Assembly (NCBI GenBank): GCA_040005235.1
Contig: JBDTZG010000023.1
Span: 1 to 64,000, forward strand
Reading direction: 5' to 3'
Source: Acidobacteriota bacterium
Lineage (GTDB): Bacteria; Acidobacteriota; Thermoanaerobaculia; Multivoradales; UBA5704
Length of the DNA: 64,000 bases
Shown here: in pieces, positions 1 to 11,620 of the stretch
How the letters are laid out: each line of letters begins with the position of its first letter
Position numbering within the stretch: position 1 is the first letter of the stretch
Translations under genes and position numbers: made by a program
Notes under the pieces: model-generated
Database searches by the model: none
What the model was told of the DNA's origin: nothing
What the model saw: only the letters and a program-made list of their open reading frames with translations

Positions 1-520
1 GCAGCGACTCCGGCGACTGCGACCAGAAATCCCACTGCATGTCCATGTCGCGCAGGTTGCTCTCGGGCAGCCGCTTCTGGGTGTGGATGAACATTGCGAA
101 CTTGTACGGATCGCGCACGAAGAAGACCGGCGTGTTGTTGCCCACCAGGTCCCAGTTCCCCTCTTCGGTATAGGCCTTGAGCGCAAACCCTCGCACGTCG
201 CGCTCGGCATCCGCCGCGCCGCGCTCCCCGGCTACGGTCGAGAAGCGCAGGAGCACCTCCGTCTCTTTGCCCACCTGGGAGAGGAACTTCGCCTTGGTGT
301 AGCGCGTCACGTCTTGGGTCACCGTGATCTTGCCGTAGGCCGCCGAGCCCTTGGCATGCACCACCCGCTCGGGAATCCGTTCCCGGTTGAACGCCTGCAT
401 CTGCTCCAGCAGTTGGACGTCCTGCATCAACAACGGGCCGCGCGGCCCGGCGGTCAGGGAGTTCTGGTTGTCGGCGATCGGCGCGCCGTCGGCTGAGGTC
501 AAGCGGGGATTCTCGGACAT
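1..520 (-). CDS. katA: Monofunctional heme catalase, 5' part (runs off window edge)
   Basis: Manual translation from ATG 520 gives [34 protein letters not shown]...[15 protein letters not shown]...[24 protein letters not shown]...[12 protein letters not shown], which includes the catalase signature. GGAGG-like RBS upstream. Absent from the ORF track because it is truncated. Confidence 0.95.
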   Translation of the reverse strand, partial: MSENPRLTSADGAPIADNQNSLTAGPRGPLLMQDVQLLEQMQAFNRERIPERVVHAKGSAAYGKITVTQDVTRYTKAKFLSQVGKETEVLLRFSTVAGERGAADAERDVRGFALKAYTEEGNWDLVGNNTPVFFVRDPYKFAMFIHTQKRLPESNLRDMDMQWDFWSQSPESL

Positions 521-584
521 CGAACTTTCCTCCTGGTTTTTCGATTACGCCCTGTGCGAACGGCAGGGTAGAGGAGTAAGATCG

Positions 585-631
585 ATAGGGTCCAATACTT
601 CTTTCCTCCTCGCTGGATAGGTGACGCCTAT
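585..631. promoter_or_regulatory. OxyR/LysR binding site in the katA-oxyR intergenic region
   Basis: Perfect ATAG-N7-CTAT (ATAGgtgacgcCTAT, 617-631) overlapping the oxyR start, plus a partial ATAG box at 585. Confidence 0.7.
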
Positions 632-1520
632 GGAAGTCCACCAACTTCGTTACTTCGTCGCGGTCGCCGAGCTCGGCAGCATGAGCCGCGCCTCGCTGCG
701 CTGCGGCGTCGCCCAACCCTCGATCAGCCAGCAGATCCAGAAGCTCGAACGCGAGCTGCAATGCCCCCTGTTCGAGCGCATCGGCCGCCGCATCCAGCTG
801 ACCGACGCGGGGCGCTCGCTCCTGCCGCGTGCCCGGGCGATCCTCGAACAGCTCCAGGAGATCCCGCAGGGTTTGGAGGAAGACGCCAAGAGCGGCCACG
901 GCCGCCTGGTGGTGGGCGCCATTCCCACGGTGGCCCCGTTCCTCCTTCCAGCGGCGATCCGATCGCTTACCGAGACCTTCCCCGCGGTCGACCTCCACGT
1001 CCGAGAGGATTTGACCGAGCGCCTGTTGGATGCGCTCGAAGCCGGAGAGATCGACCTCGCGGTGACCAGCACCCCGATCATCCGCGAGGGGCTCGGGGTC
1101 CTGGTGATCGGCCGCGATCCGTTCACCGTGGCGGTCTCGGCGAATCACCCGTTGGCCGGCCGCGACAGCGTCTCGCTCGCCGAGCTGGTGAGCCCGCCGA
1201 CGATTCTGCTCGACGAGCTGCACTGTTTAGGGCGTCAGGTGGGAGAGGTCTGCCGCGCGATGCGCACGAACTGTCGCGTGGTCTGCCAGGCGAGCCAGCT
1301 CGACTCGCTCCTGCGGATGGTCGGCCTCGGCCTGGGGGTGGCGCTGGTCCCCGAGATGGCGACGCATGACGCGCCGAAGGACGAAGTCCGCTTCGTGCCG
1401 ATCGAAGAGGCGTTCGCCTCCCGCGAGATCGCCGTGGTGCAGCGGGGAGACCGGCCGCTCTCGCACCTGGCCCAAGAATTCGTGCGGCGGCTGGCTGCCG
1501 CGTTCGAGCCCGCCCGCTGA
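630..1520 (+). CDS. oxyR: LysR-family peroxide sensor OxyR
   Basis: LysR HTH (QLRYFVAVAE...AQPSISQQIQKLE). HC-LGRQVGEV-C has the same Cys spacing as E. coli OxyR C199/C208. Divergent from catalase. Confidence 0.85.
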   Translation: MEVHQLRYFVAVAELGSMSRASLRCGVAQPSISQQIQKLERELQCPLFERIGRRIQLTDAGRSLLPRARAILEQLQEIPQGLEEDAKSGHGRLVVGAIPTVAPFLLPAAIRSLTETFPAVDLHVREDLTERLLDALEAGEIDLAVTSTPIIREGLGVLVIGRDPFTVAVSANHPLAGRDSVSLAELVSPPTILLDELHCLGRQVGEVCRAMRTNCRVVCQASQLDSLLRMVGLGLGVALVPEMATHDAPKDEVRFVPIEEAFASREIAVVQRGDRPLSHLAQEFVRRLAAAFEPAR

Positions 1521-1555
1521 ACCCGCGGCGGCGGAGAACCGGGATCAAGGATAGA

Positions 1556-1583
1556 GTTAACCGCACTACGGGTTAACCGTAGT
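1556..1583. promoter_or_regulatory. Putative TA operator
   Basis: Inverted repeat ACTACGG-GTTAA-CCGTAGT (1565-1583) and direct repeat GTTAACCG (1556, 1572) just upstream of the toxin gene. Confidence 0.6.
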
Positions 1584-1592
1584 CTCTTTCGG

Positions 1593-1880
1593 ATGGAATA
1601 CGAGTGGGAGGATGCCAAAGCCGAGGAAAACCGTCGAAAACACGGAGTCGACTTTGTGGATGCCATCCCGGCGATCGAAGATCCGAATCGGCTCGAAGAG
1701 ATCGACCTCCGCTTCGAATACGGAGAAGAGCGGATGCGGCTGATCGGCATGGCGACCCATCACGTCCTCTTCATCATCACGACCACCCGCGGCAAAAACA
1801 GGTGCCGCATCATCTCCGCGAGGAGGGCCACACGACATGAGCAAGACCGCTACTACGCACATCACGCTGAAGCCAGGTGA
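1593..1880 (+). CDS. brnT: BrnT-family (DUF497) ribonuclease toxin
   Basis: YEWEDAKAEENRRKHGVDF...GEERMRLIG...RIISARRATRHE matches the BrnT pattern. Confidence 0.9.
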   Translation: MEYEWEDAKAEENRRKHGVDFVDAIPAIEDPNRLEEIDLRFEYGEERMRLIGMATHHVLFIITTTRGKNRCRIISARRATRHEQDRYYAHHAEAR

Positions 1881-2208
1881 AGCTCCACCGCGGGGTAAAA
1901 CCGACTGGGCTCGGGTAAACGCTCTGACGGAAGAGGAGATCCTTGCCGCAGCCCTCTCGGATCCCGACGCACAGCCGATGGGATCGGAGGATCTGGCCAA
2001 GATGCATCGGGTCTCGCCCGTGAAGGCTCTACGCCAAAGGATCGGATTGACACAAGCCGAGTTCGCCGCCGCCTTCGGCTTGCCCGTCAGTACCTTGAGG
2101 GATTGGGAGCAACGTCGCTGTACTCCGGATGCGCCGGCCCGCGCGCTACTCCGAGCGATCGAGCTCGAGCCCGACACCATGCGTCGCCTATTGGCTCGAG
2201 CCGCCTGA
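1837..2208 (+). CDS. Antitoxin with C-terminal XRE/Cro HTH
   Basis: Overlaps the toxin 3' end. N-terminus TDWARVNALTEEEI..DPDAQP, C-terminus LRQRIGLTQAEFA..TLRDWEQRR. Confidence 0.85.
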   Translation: MSKTATTHITLKPGEAPPRGKTDWARVNALTEEEILAAALSDPDAQPMGSEDLAKMHRVSPVKALRQRIGLTQAEFAAAFGLPVSTLRDWEQRRCTPDAPARALLRAIELEPDTMRRLLARAA

Positions 2209-2661
2209 AACCGAGCTCACTCCTTCGGCCGTCACCCGGTGCCGGGAGGCAAACAGCCGGTCGAGCTTCTTGCGGACCATCGCGCCGCCGAACCAGCGCC
2301 CGAGGAAACCGAGTGGCAGCTCGTAGGTGATCCGATCTTCCAGCCAGGAACCGTCGGCGCCGTCAGATTCCATCCGATGTTCGTGCTCCCAACGGCGGAA
2401 CGGACCGCGGATCTGAACGTCGCGGAAACCCTGCCCCGGCCGAACGTCGCGAATCTCCGCAATCCAAGGTAGGCGAAACGGGCCAACGCCCACGCGAAGC
2501 TCCACCCGCTCGCCTTCGCGCAGGCCACGATCGGGGCTCACCTGCTCGACCGCCTCATCGGGGGGCGTCAGCCGCGCGAAGGCCCCCGGCTCGGCATGCC
2601 AGGCGAACAGCCGCTCGGGCGAGACGGGAAAGTGGCAGCGGCGAACGAAGGTCTCGGGCAT
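2188..2661 (-). CDS. SRPBCC/cyclase-family protein
   Basis: LFAWHAEPGAFARLTPP...FRDVQIRGPFRRWEHEHR...DRITYELP. Confidence 0.8.
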   Translation of the reverse strand: MPETFVRRCHFPVSPERLFAWHAEPGAFARLTPPDEAVEQVSPDRGLREGERVELRVGVGPFRLPWIAEIRDVRPGQGFRDVQIRGPFRRWEHEHRMESDGADGSWLEDRITYELPLGFLGRWFGGAMVRKKLDRLFASRHRVTAEGVSSVSGGSSQ

Positions 2662-2678
2662 GTCGAGCTCCTTCGAGG

Positions 2679-3530
2679 TCAGACCCGTTCCAATCGAACC
2701 AACTTGCCCATCTTTCGGAAAAGTCGGCGCAACGGCTCGGGGAGCAACCGCCAGGAGGCTTGCGCGAAGCGGCCGACAAGCGGCCGCCGGTCGAGGCGCT
2801 CCCCTTCTTCGAGCGAATAGCGAATTTCCGCGACTCGCCATCCGTAGCCGGTGAAGAAGCGTTCGCCCGAGGAAGGGGCGAACTGGAGCGGTGCCTGGGT
2901 CATGTGCTTCGACCACGTCCGGTTGGCCAGCTTCAAGAGAAGTGGCGATGCCATGTCGAATGCCCAAACGCGCAGGTTTTGGGCGGCGTGGAGATCCTGG
3001 GCCAAACCCTTCACCTGTTCTGCCGTGAGGTAGGTGATCAGGCCCTCGGAGAGCACGAAGACGTTCTTGCCCGCCGCGGCGACCTCGGTGAACAGAGCGC
3101 TGCGGGCATCGCGATCGGCCAGATCGACCGCCCGGCGCTCCAGCCGGCAGACCGGGGTCTCACCCGCCAGGGCCTCTTCCTTCTCGGCCAGCAGAGGCGC
3201 GAGGTCCGCCTCGAACCAGGGAAAGTCGGGCCGCAGAGGAAGCCGATAGGGTCGCGCGTCGAAACCCGCCGCAAGGTTCAGCACGGCGTCCGCCCCGCGC
3301 TCAATCGCGGCGAGAATCATCTCGTCGAACACCACCGTGCGGACCACCATCGCCCATGCCGAATCCTCACCGCGCGGCAGCAGCTTCACGATCTGGCGCC
3401 CCCGCTCTCCCGCGAGCCGATCGGCGAACGGATCGCGAAACAGAGCGTCCGGCCGAGCCGTCTCCATCGCCCGGTAGGTCGCGACCCACCGGGCGGTGTC
3501 GGAAACGTTGCGGATGAGGGGAGCGGTCAA
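2679..3530 (-). CDS. SAM-dependent methyltransferase (LCM/leucine carboxyl methyltransferase-like)
   Basis: VSDTARWVATYRA..DALFRDPFA, VLNLAAGFDARPYRL, SEGLITYL. TTG start immediately after the proS stop. Confidence 0.85.
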   Translation of the reverse strand: MTAPLIRNVSDTARWVATYRAMETARPDALFRDPFADRLAGERGRQIVKLLPRGEDSAWAMVVRTVVFDEMILAAIERGADAVLNLAAGFDARPYRLPLRPDFPWFEADLAPLLAEKEEALAGETPVCRLERRAVDLADRDARSALFTEVAAAGKNVFVLSEGLITYLTAEQVKGLAQDLHAAQNLRVWAFDMASPLLLKLANRTWSKHMTQAPLQFAPSSGERFFTGYGWRVAEIRYSLEEGERLDRRPLVGRFAQASWRLLPEPLRRLFRKMGKLVRLERV

Positions 3531-3532
3531 AC

Positions 3533-5266
3533 TTACGCCCGTTCGAGCAGCTCCATCACCTTCCCAACCGCCTCGGCGACCGGGATGCCGAGCTTCTCGC
3601 GATCCCGCCGCAAGGAGACTTCGACCTTGCCGTCGGCGAGCGACTTGGCTCCTACGGTGACTCTGACCGGCAAGCCGATCAAGTCGCCGTCTTTGAATTT
3701 TACGCCCGGACGTTCGTCTCGGTCGTCGTAGAGGACGTCGATTCCCTTGGCGCGCAGATCGTCGTAGATGCGCTCCGCGGTTTCGACCACGGCCGGGTCG
3801 TTCGGGTTGAGCGCGGCGAGCAGGACTTCGAAGGGCGCGAGCGGCCGGGGCCAGATGATTCCGTCCGCGTCGTGGTTCTGCTCGATCGCCGCGGCTACGG
3901 TGCGGCCGACGCCCAGGCCGTAGCAACCCATGATCATCGGCTTTTCGGCGCCCCCCTCGTCGGTGTAGTTGCAGGCCAGCGCCTTCGAGTACTTGTCGCC
4001 CAGCTTGAAGATGTGGCCCACCTCGATGCCGCGGAACAATTCGAGCGCCGTGCCGCAGCGCGGGCAGGCGTCGCCCCCCGTGACGAGCAGCAGGTCGGCC
4101 CAGCGAGAGGGCTGGGCATCGCGGCCCCATTCGACGCCTACGTGGTGCGCGTCGGCCTGATTCGCTCCGCAGACGAAACCCGTGAGGCCGCGCACCGACG
4201 GATCGGCGATCAGCTCGACGGTATTCGGCAGACCCACCGGGCCGGCGAAACCGACCGGCGCTCCGGTCGCCTGATGCACCTTTTCCTCGCTCGCGAGCGC
4301 CAGGTGCTGAACGTCGAGCAGGTTCAGGAGCTTGACCTCGTTCACTTCGCGATCGCCGCGGATGGCGACCGCCACGATCCCCTTTTCGGTCTCGTAGATC
4401 AGGGTCTTGACCACTTGACCCGGCTCGACTCCGAGGAACTTCGCGACCTCTTCGACCGAGGTATGGCCCGGCGTCGGCACCGTCCGGTAGGGCTCAGCCG
4501 AGGCCAGCCCGATCGGGAACGGCATACCGATATCGTCGGTCTCGTCGCGCTTCGTCTCGGCCTTCTCGGTGTTCGCCGCGTAACCGCAGGAGGGGCAACG
4601 GACGACCGCGCTCTCCCCGGTTCCCGCGACGACCATGAACTCGTGCGAGGCCGAGCCGCCGATCGTTCCGGTGTCGGCTTCGACCGCGCCGAAATCGAGC
4701 TGGCAGGCGCGGAAAATCCGCGAATACGCCTCGTGCATGTCGCGATACGAGACGTCCAGGCTCTCCGCGTCGGTGTGGAACGAGTAGGCATCCTTCATGA
4801 TGAATTCGCGCCCGCGCATCAGGCCGAATCGCGGCCGGATCTCGTCGCGGAATTTGGTCTGGATCTGGTACAGGTTGAACGGCAGCTGCCGGTAGCTTTT
4901 GACGTCGCGGCGCACTAGGTCGGTGATCACCTCTTCGTGCGTCGGCCCGAAGACGAAATCGCGGTCGTGGCGATCCTTGATCCGCAGCAGCTCCTTGCCG
5001 TAGCGCTCCCAGCGGCCGGATTCGACCCACAGCTCGCCCGGCTGGATCGCCGGCATCGACAACTCGATGCAGCCCGCGGCTTCGAGCTCGCGGCGGACGA
5101 TCGTCATCAGCTTCGACAAGCTCCGCCATCCGAACGGCAGGTAGGAGTAGATCCCCGCCGCGACTTTCTTGATCATGCCGGTACGGACCATCAGCTGGTG
5201 GCTGATGACCTCGGCATCATTGGGAACTTCCCGGGTGGTAAAAAGGTAATACTTGCTCCAACGCAT
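3533..5266 (-). CDS. proS: Proline--tRNA ligase (bacterial type with INS editing domain)
   Basis: GPTHEE, YQIQTKFRDEIRPRFGLMRGREFIMKDAYSF, GIEVGHIFKLG, MGCYGLG. Confidence 0.98.
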   Translation of the reverse strand: MRWSKYYLFTTREVPNDAEVISHQLMVRTGMIKKVAAGIYSYLPFGWRSLSKLMTIVRRELEAAGCIELSMPAIQPGELWVESGRWERYGKELLRIKDRHDRDFVFGPTHEEVITDLVRRDVKSYRQLPFNLYQIQTKFRDEIRPRFGLMRGREFIMKDAYSFHTDAESLDVSYRDMHEAYSRIFRACQLDFGAVEADTGTIGGSASHEFMVVAGTGESAVVRCPSCGYAANTEKAETKRDETDDIGMPFPIGLASAEPYRTVPTPGHTSVEEVAKFLGVEPGQVVKTLIYETEKGIVAVAIRGDREVNEVKLLNLLDVQHLALASEEKVHQATGAPVGFAGPVGLPNTVELIADPSVRGLTGFVCGANQADAHHVGVEWGRDAQPSRWADLLLVTGGDACPRCGTALELFRGIEVGHIFKLGDKYSKALACNYTDEGGAEKPMIMGCYGLGVGRTVAAAIEQNHDADGIIWPRPLAPFEVLLAALNPNDPAVVETAERIYDDLRAKGIDVLYDDRDERPGVKFKDGDLIGLPVRVTVGAKSLADGKVEVSLRRDREKLGIPVAEAVGKVMELLERA

Positions 5267-5285
5267 ACCGCTCCTTTACTTTTTT

Positions 5286-7133
5286 CTACTTTCGCTGACC
5301 GCGCCGGACCCGTTCGAGGATACGCGTCGAATCGCGCATGCACTCCATCATCCGGTCCTCAAGACCGCCGCGGCGGCTTTCGAGGCTTCGGGCGCGGGCG
5401 AGCACGTTCTTCGCTTTCTCTTCGTCGCCCGAGGCGAGCAGCGCCATGCCGAGATGGGTGAGCGTGTTCGACGAAGTGCCCAGCTCGGAGGAGCGGGCGA
5501 GGAAATCGATCGCCTTGTCGAATTCCTTCCGCTTGTAGTGGACCCAGCCGAGCGCCGCGAGCGGGAACTGCTTCAGCTCGTCGGGCGCGTTTTCGAGCGA
5601 TTGGTGCGCGTAGGCGAGCGCCTGGTCCAGGTCCTCTTCCATCTCGGCAAGGTTGTAGGCCATCTCGTAGTAGGCGATCGTTTTGGAGAAACTGGACACG
5701 CCCTCTTCGAGCAGCCGGGTGCCGATCCGGTTGCCTTCACGGAACTTGCCCTGGCCGCGCAGCGCCTCGATCAGCGCCGCGTAGGCGGTCGCGCGGAGCA
5801 TCTCGCCCGGGTTCTGCTCCAGCACCTTTCGCGCCGCCGCTTCCAATTCCTGGTTGCGATCGAGATGAAGGCAGAGCATGGCGTACGACATCAGGAGCGT
5901 CGGGTTCTCGGGTTCGAGCGACAGCGCGCGGCGATAGCAGGCGAGAGCCTGCTTGTCCGCGCCTCGGCCGCGCAGCTCCTCGCCCTTGGCGAACCACTCG
6001 GCCGCCTCGCCGAGCACACCGGGGAGAGGCATGCCGGCCTGGCCGGAGAGGAAACGCACGATGTCCTGGTACTGGAGCTTCTTGGGGTTCAGCCGCTGGG
6101 CGCGGCGGAACGCGGCGAGTGCCTTCACATGCCAGTGGCGATCGAGATAGGCGAGGCCGAGCAGGTGATACGCCTCCTCGAACGCGGGATCGTGGCGCAC
6201 CGCCTCCTGCAGGCGCTTGATCGCCGGGCCGAGGCGGCCCATCTCGTAAAAGCAGCTGCCCAGCAGGTAGAGCGCCTGCGGCACCGGATCGACCTCGACC
6301 GCGCGCTCCAGGAAGAGCACCGCCTTGGCGAGGTTGCCCAGGCTCGCATGGACCGCGCCGAGGCTGAAGTGGGGCAAAAACGTGTCCGGATAGAGCGCCA
6401 CGGCGCGCTTGAGCAGCTCTTCGGCGCGCTCGTGGCCGCCCTGCTCGTAGTGGATGACGCCGCTGTAGACGAGCCCCTCGTAGTGGTCCGGCTTTACCTC
6501 CAGCACGCGGGCGAAATAGACCAGCGCCTTTTCCGGCTGGCCTTCGTTGAAGCAGGTCTCGCCGAGGAAATACGCCAGCTCGTAATTGTCCCGATCGAGC
6601 TTGTAGGCCGCTTCGAGCGCACCCACGGCACGCTCGATGTCGAACCCGAACAGGGCGTATTCGGCGTCGTCCAGGTGCTGGAGGAAGATCTTTCGCTTGT
6701 CGCCGCTGTGGAGCGCCGCGATCCGCTCCTTGATCGAGACGAAGCGCTCGCGCTTTTCCAGGGCGAGCAGCTGGTAATCCATTTTCGACTCCCAGAGCTC
6801 GCTCCACTCGTCCCAACCGACGATCTTCTTTTGCTCCAGGATCTCGCGCAGGGTGGAGAGGCCGGTCTGGCTGATTAGGATGTTCTTTTCCTGCTTGTGG
6901 AGGGCGGAGAGCAGTTGGCGCACCGTTTCCGCCGTGCGCTTCACCGCTTCTTCGAGGATCGAAATCCGCTCCAGCAGGTGCTCGTCGAACGAGAATCCTT
7001 CGTCGGGACCCTCTTCATACCCCTCCTCTTCCTCCTCGAACACGGTGCCCGAGAGGACCAGGAGTTTTTGATGACAGCGGACGCAGTACTCCCGTTCATC
7101 GGGGTTCAATGCGCCGCAGACCTGACAGTACAT
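5286..7133 (-). CDS. Zinc-ribbon + coiled-coil + multi-TPR protein
   Basis: N-terminal CQVC...CVRC, a coiled-coil segment and many TPR-like repeats. Confidence 0.75.
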   Translation of the reverse strand: MYCQVCGALNPDEREYCVRCHQKLLVLSGTVFEEEEEGYEEGPDEGFSFDEHLLERISILEEAVKRTAETVRQLLSALHKQEKNILISQTGLSTLREILEQKKIVGWDEWSELWESKMDYQLLALEKRERFVSIKERIAALHSGDKRKIFLQHLDDAEYALFGFDIERAVGALEAAYKLDRDNYELAYFLGETCFNEGQPEKALVYFARVLEVKPDHYEGLVYSGVIHYEQGGHERAEELLKRAVALYPDTFLPHFSLGAVHASLGNLAKAVLFLERAVEVDPVPQALYLLGSCFYEMGRLGPAIKRLQEAVRHDPAFEEAYHLLGLAYLDRHWHVKALAAFRRAQRLNPKKLQYQDIVRFLSGQAGMPLPGVLGEAAEWFAKGEELRGRGADKQALACYRRALSLEPENPTLLMSYAMLCLHLDRNQELEAAARKVLEQNPGEMLRATAYAALIEALRGQGKFREGNRIGTRLLEEGVSSFSKTIAYYEMAYNLAEMEEDLDQALAYAHQSLENAPDELKQFPLAALGWVHYKRKEFDKAIDFLARSSELGTSSNTLTHLGMALLASGDEEKAKNVLARARSLESRRGGLEDRMMECMRDSTRILERVRRGQRK

Positions 7134-7176
7134 ATTCGTTCTCGCGCCGACGGAGCCATATGCCCCGACGTTCGGT

Positions 7177-8064
7177 TCATTCATACGAGTAAAAACCTCT
7201 ACCGGTCTTTCGCCCGAGCCGTCCGGCGTCGACCATTTTGACCAGCAGCGGGCAGGGCCGGTACTTCGGATCGCCGAAACCGTCCAGGAGCACCCTCAGA
7301 ATATCCAAGCAAACATCGAGCCCAATCAGATCGGCGAGCGCGAGCGGACCCATCGGATGGTTCATTCCCAGCTTCATCACCTGATCGATCGCCTCGGGGG
7401 CGCCGACCCCTTCGTAAAGGCAATAGATCGCCTCGTTGATCATCGGCATCAGCACACGGTTCGAGACGAAGCCCGGGGCGTCGTGGACTTCGACGGGCGT
7501 TTTGCCCATCCGGCGCGCCGCGTCGGCCACCGCGTCGTAGGTCGCCTGGTCGGTCGCGAGGCCGCGAATCACCTCGATCAGCTGCATCACCGGCACCGGA
7601 TTCATGAAATGCATGCCGATCACCCGCTCCGGCCGGCCGGTCGCGGCGGCGAGCTTGGTGATCGAAATCGAGCTGGTGTTGGTGGCGAGGATCGCGCCCG
7701 GCGCGCAGACCCGGTCGAGGTCGCGCAGCACTTCGAGCTTCACATCCAGCCGTTCGACCACCGCCTCGATCGCCAGGTCGACCGCGGTGATTTCACCGAG
7801 ATCGCTGCTGCCCGAGAGACGGCCGAGTGCGGCATCGCGGTCCTCCGGCAAGAGCTTCGACTTCGAGACTTGGCGCTCGTACCCTTTGGCGATCGCCGAA
7901 AGTCCTCGTTCGAGGGCGGCGGGGGCCACGTCGACCAAAATCACCCGGTAACCGCTCTGCGCCGAAACCTGGGCAATGCCGTGCCCCATGGTGCCCGCGC
8001 CGATCACTCCGATCGAGCCGATCGTCCGGATTTCGTTGCCCGCCGCTGCGCCTGACTGACTCAT
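7177..8064 (-). CDS. hbd: 3-hydroxybutyryl-CoA dehydrogenase
   Basis: GVIGAGTMGHGIA, ATNTSSISIT, GMHFMNPVP, GMNHPMGPL. Confidence 0.92.
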   Translation of the reverse strand: MSQSGAAAGNEIRTIGSIGVIGAGTMGHGIAQVSAQSGYRVILVDVAPAALERGLSAIAKGYERQVSKSKLLPEDRDAALGRLSGSSDLGEITAVDLAIEAVVERLDVKLEVLRDLDRVCAPGAILATNTSSISITKLAAATGRPERVIGMHFMNPVPVMQLIEVIRGLATDQATYDAVADAARRMGKTPVEVHDAPGFVSNRVLMPMINEAIYCLYEGVGAPEAIDQVMKLGMNHPMGPLALADLIGLDVCLDILRVLLDGFGDPKYRPCPLLVKMVDAGRLGRKTGRGFYSYE

Positions 8065-8156
8065 CGATTCCTCTCGATACACGTTTCCCACGAAACGCCC
8101 CGTGCGAATCGGTGAGATTACCGGCTGGCCCCGATGGGGTCAAGGCGGCGGAAGCG

Positions 8157-9110
8157 TCAGGCCCCTTGAAACCAGGGCGACCGGCTGCCGAATTTCGTTG
8201 CGAGCGTGGCGCCGACCCCGATCAGGGTCGCGACCGTCCAGGTCCAGACCCCCAGGTAGGGGACGAACTTGACCAGGCCGAGCAGCAGCAGGCCGAGCGT
8301 GGCGGCGCTCGCCGGGCGCATCCGGCGGCGGAGCACGCGGGTGAGCAAGTAGTCGCCCAGGGCATAGAACACCGCGACCATTCCCCAGAGTTTCAAGGCG
8401 AGCGCCGCGAGCACCACCAGAACGAGCAGCGGCACGCCGATCAACGCCCCGGCAAACGCACTGAAGAACAGGGCGGTGAGCACCAGGGCGAGCACCCCGA
8501 CCAAGCCGGTCGCAAAACCCCGAAACGGCTCGCCCTTGATCTCGTCCGCGGTCGAGATGAGCTGCCGGCCGCAGACGGCGAACAGCAGCATCAGGAGCGC
8601 GGACCAGGCCGCGAGCAAGGCGAGCTTCGCCCCGACCACGACGGTCGAGCGGCTTTCGAGCCCGAGGCTCGGACCTTCGAGCAGGGTCATCCAGGCGACC
8701 GAGGCGTTACGGTAGGAGACCGACCGCCCGTCGATCTGCGCGCCCGGCGCGGCCGAGATGGTGCCGCCCAGGACGAACACGTCGCCCGCGATCCGCGCGC
8801 TCGGCGAGAGACGGGCGTCGCCCCCGAGCACCACGACATCGCCCGTGACGCTGCCGGAGATCGAAACCGATCCTTCGATCGCCGCCACGTCCGCCTTGGC
8901 CTCGCCATCGAGAATCAGATCCCGGCCGATCGCGACCAGCTGGTGCCGCGCGACGCTCCCTTTTTCCAGTCGCAGGGCGACCTGGCCGGAACCGGAGGGG
9001 TCCGAAGGGGACGGCGCGGAGATCGGCGGGAGCGCCGGGAGCGCCGGGAGGGCCAGCAGAGCCGCCAGACCGAAGGCGAAAAGAGGGAAAGCGAGAGAGC
9101 GGTTCGGCAC
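8157..9110 (-). CDS. Membrane protein with bactofilin/polymer-forming beta-helix N-terminal domain
   Basis: Signal peptide, repeated GDVVVLGG/GDVFVLGG units, then several TM helices. Start uncertain. Confidence 0.65.
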   Translation of the reverse strand: MPNRSLAFPLFAFGLAALLALPALPALPPISAPSPSDPSGSGQVALRLEKGSVARHQLVAIGRDLILDGEAKADVAAIEGSVSISGSVTGDVVVLGGDARLSPSARIAGDVFVLGGTISAAPGAQIDGRSVSYRNASVAWMTLLEGPSLGLESRSTVVVGAKLALLAAWSALLMLLFAVCGRQLISTADEIKGEPFRGFATGLVGVLALVLTALFFSAFAGALIGVPLLVLVVLAALALKLWGMVAVFYALGDYLLTRVLRRRMRPASAATLGLLLLGLVKFVPYLGVWTWTVATLIGVGATLATKFGSRSPWFQGA

Positions 9111-9127
9111 GATCGGCAAGTGTACCG

Positions 9128-11041
<1,914 letters not shown>

Positions 11042-11101
11042 AGGGCCGGGGATGATAGCAGGTGCGGCGGACGGGGGGCTGGGAACGAAGGCCGAAAGGA
11101 C

Positions 11102-11356
11102 TCAGTAGTGGTAGCGCAGCTGTGCGAGCAGCAGGGAGTCGCCTTCGATTTTGTAGACCATTCGGTGCTCATCGGTGATTCGACGAGCCCAGAAGCCGGC
11201 CAGCGCATGTTTGAGCGGTTCCGGCTTGCCGATACCTACAAACGGCTCTCGCCGGATCTCCTGAATCAGCTTGTTGATCCGCTGGACCATTCGCTTGTCC
11301 TGCGCCTGCCAGTAGAGGTAGTCCTGCCAAGCCTCGTCCGCGAAGATCAACTTCAC
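11102..11356 (-). CDS. yoeB: Txe/YoeB toxin
   Basis: AWQDYLYWQ...GIGKPEPLKH...WARRITDEHRMVY...LRYHY. Confidence 0.95.
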   Translation of the reverse strand: MKLIFADEAWQDYLYWQAQDKRMVQRINKLIQEIRREPFVGIGKPEPLKHALAGFWARRITDEHRMVYKIEGDSLLLAQLRYHY

Positions 11357-11604
11357 TTCGCGAGTTTCCGCTCCACACCCTTTCCGGCTGCCAACTGAGC
11401 TGTCGCGGAGAGAAGCCGTCTGGCGTTTTCCGGACTGCGCAATAGATAGGCCGTTTCTTCCAGGGCCTGGAAATCTTCAAGGGAGAGCATCACCACCGAA
11501 TGCTCGCCGCTGCGGGTGATGATGAGGGGCTCATGGTCGTTGCAGACCCGATCCATGGTGGTTGCCAGGTTGGCGCGGGCGGCGGTGTAGGAAATGGCGT
11601 TCAA
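11353..11604 (-). CDS. yefM: Phd/YefM antitoxin
   Basis: ISYTAARANLA..MDRVCNDHEPLIITR...LEETAYLLRSPENARRL. 4-nt overlap with yoeB. Confidence 0.95.
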   Translation of the reverse strand: MNAISYTAARANLATTMDRVCNDHEPLIITRSGEHSVVMLSLEDFQALEETAYLLRSPENARRLLSATAQLAAGKGVERKLAK

Positions 11605-11620
11605 GGCAGGGCTCCTTGTC

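Noticed and set aside
83-496. Plus-strand 137-aa ORF, and the many long antisense ORFs throughout (e.g. 5253-6878, 15946-18057, 54725-57217)
   Set aside because: Shadow ORFs of real high-GC genes on the opposite strand, with no motifs of their own.
2679-4130. Long N-terminal extensions in the ORF track (also 12288-13511, 35534-37378, 36862-38718)
   Set aside because: The extensions overlap upstream genes in another frame. Real starts are downstream at coupled start codons.
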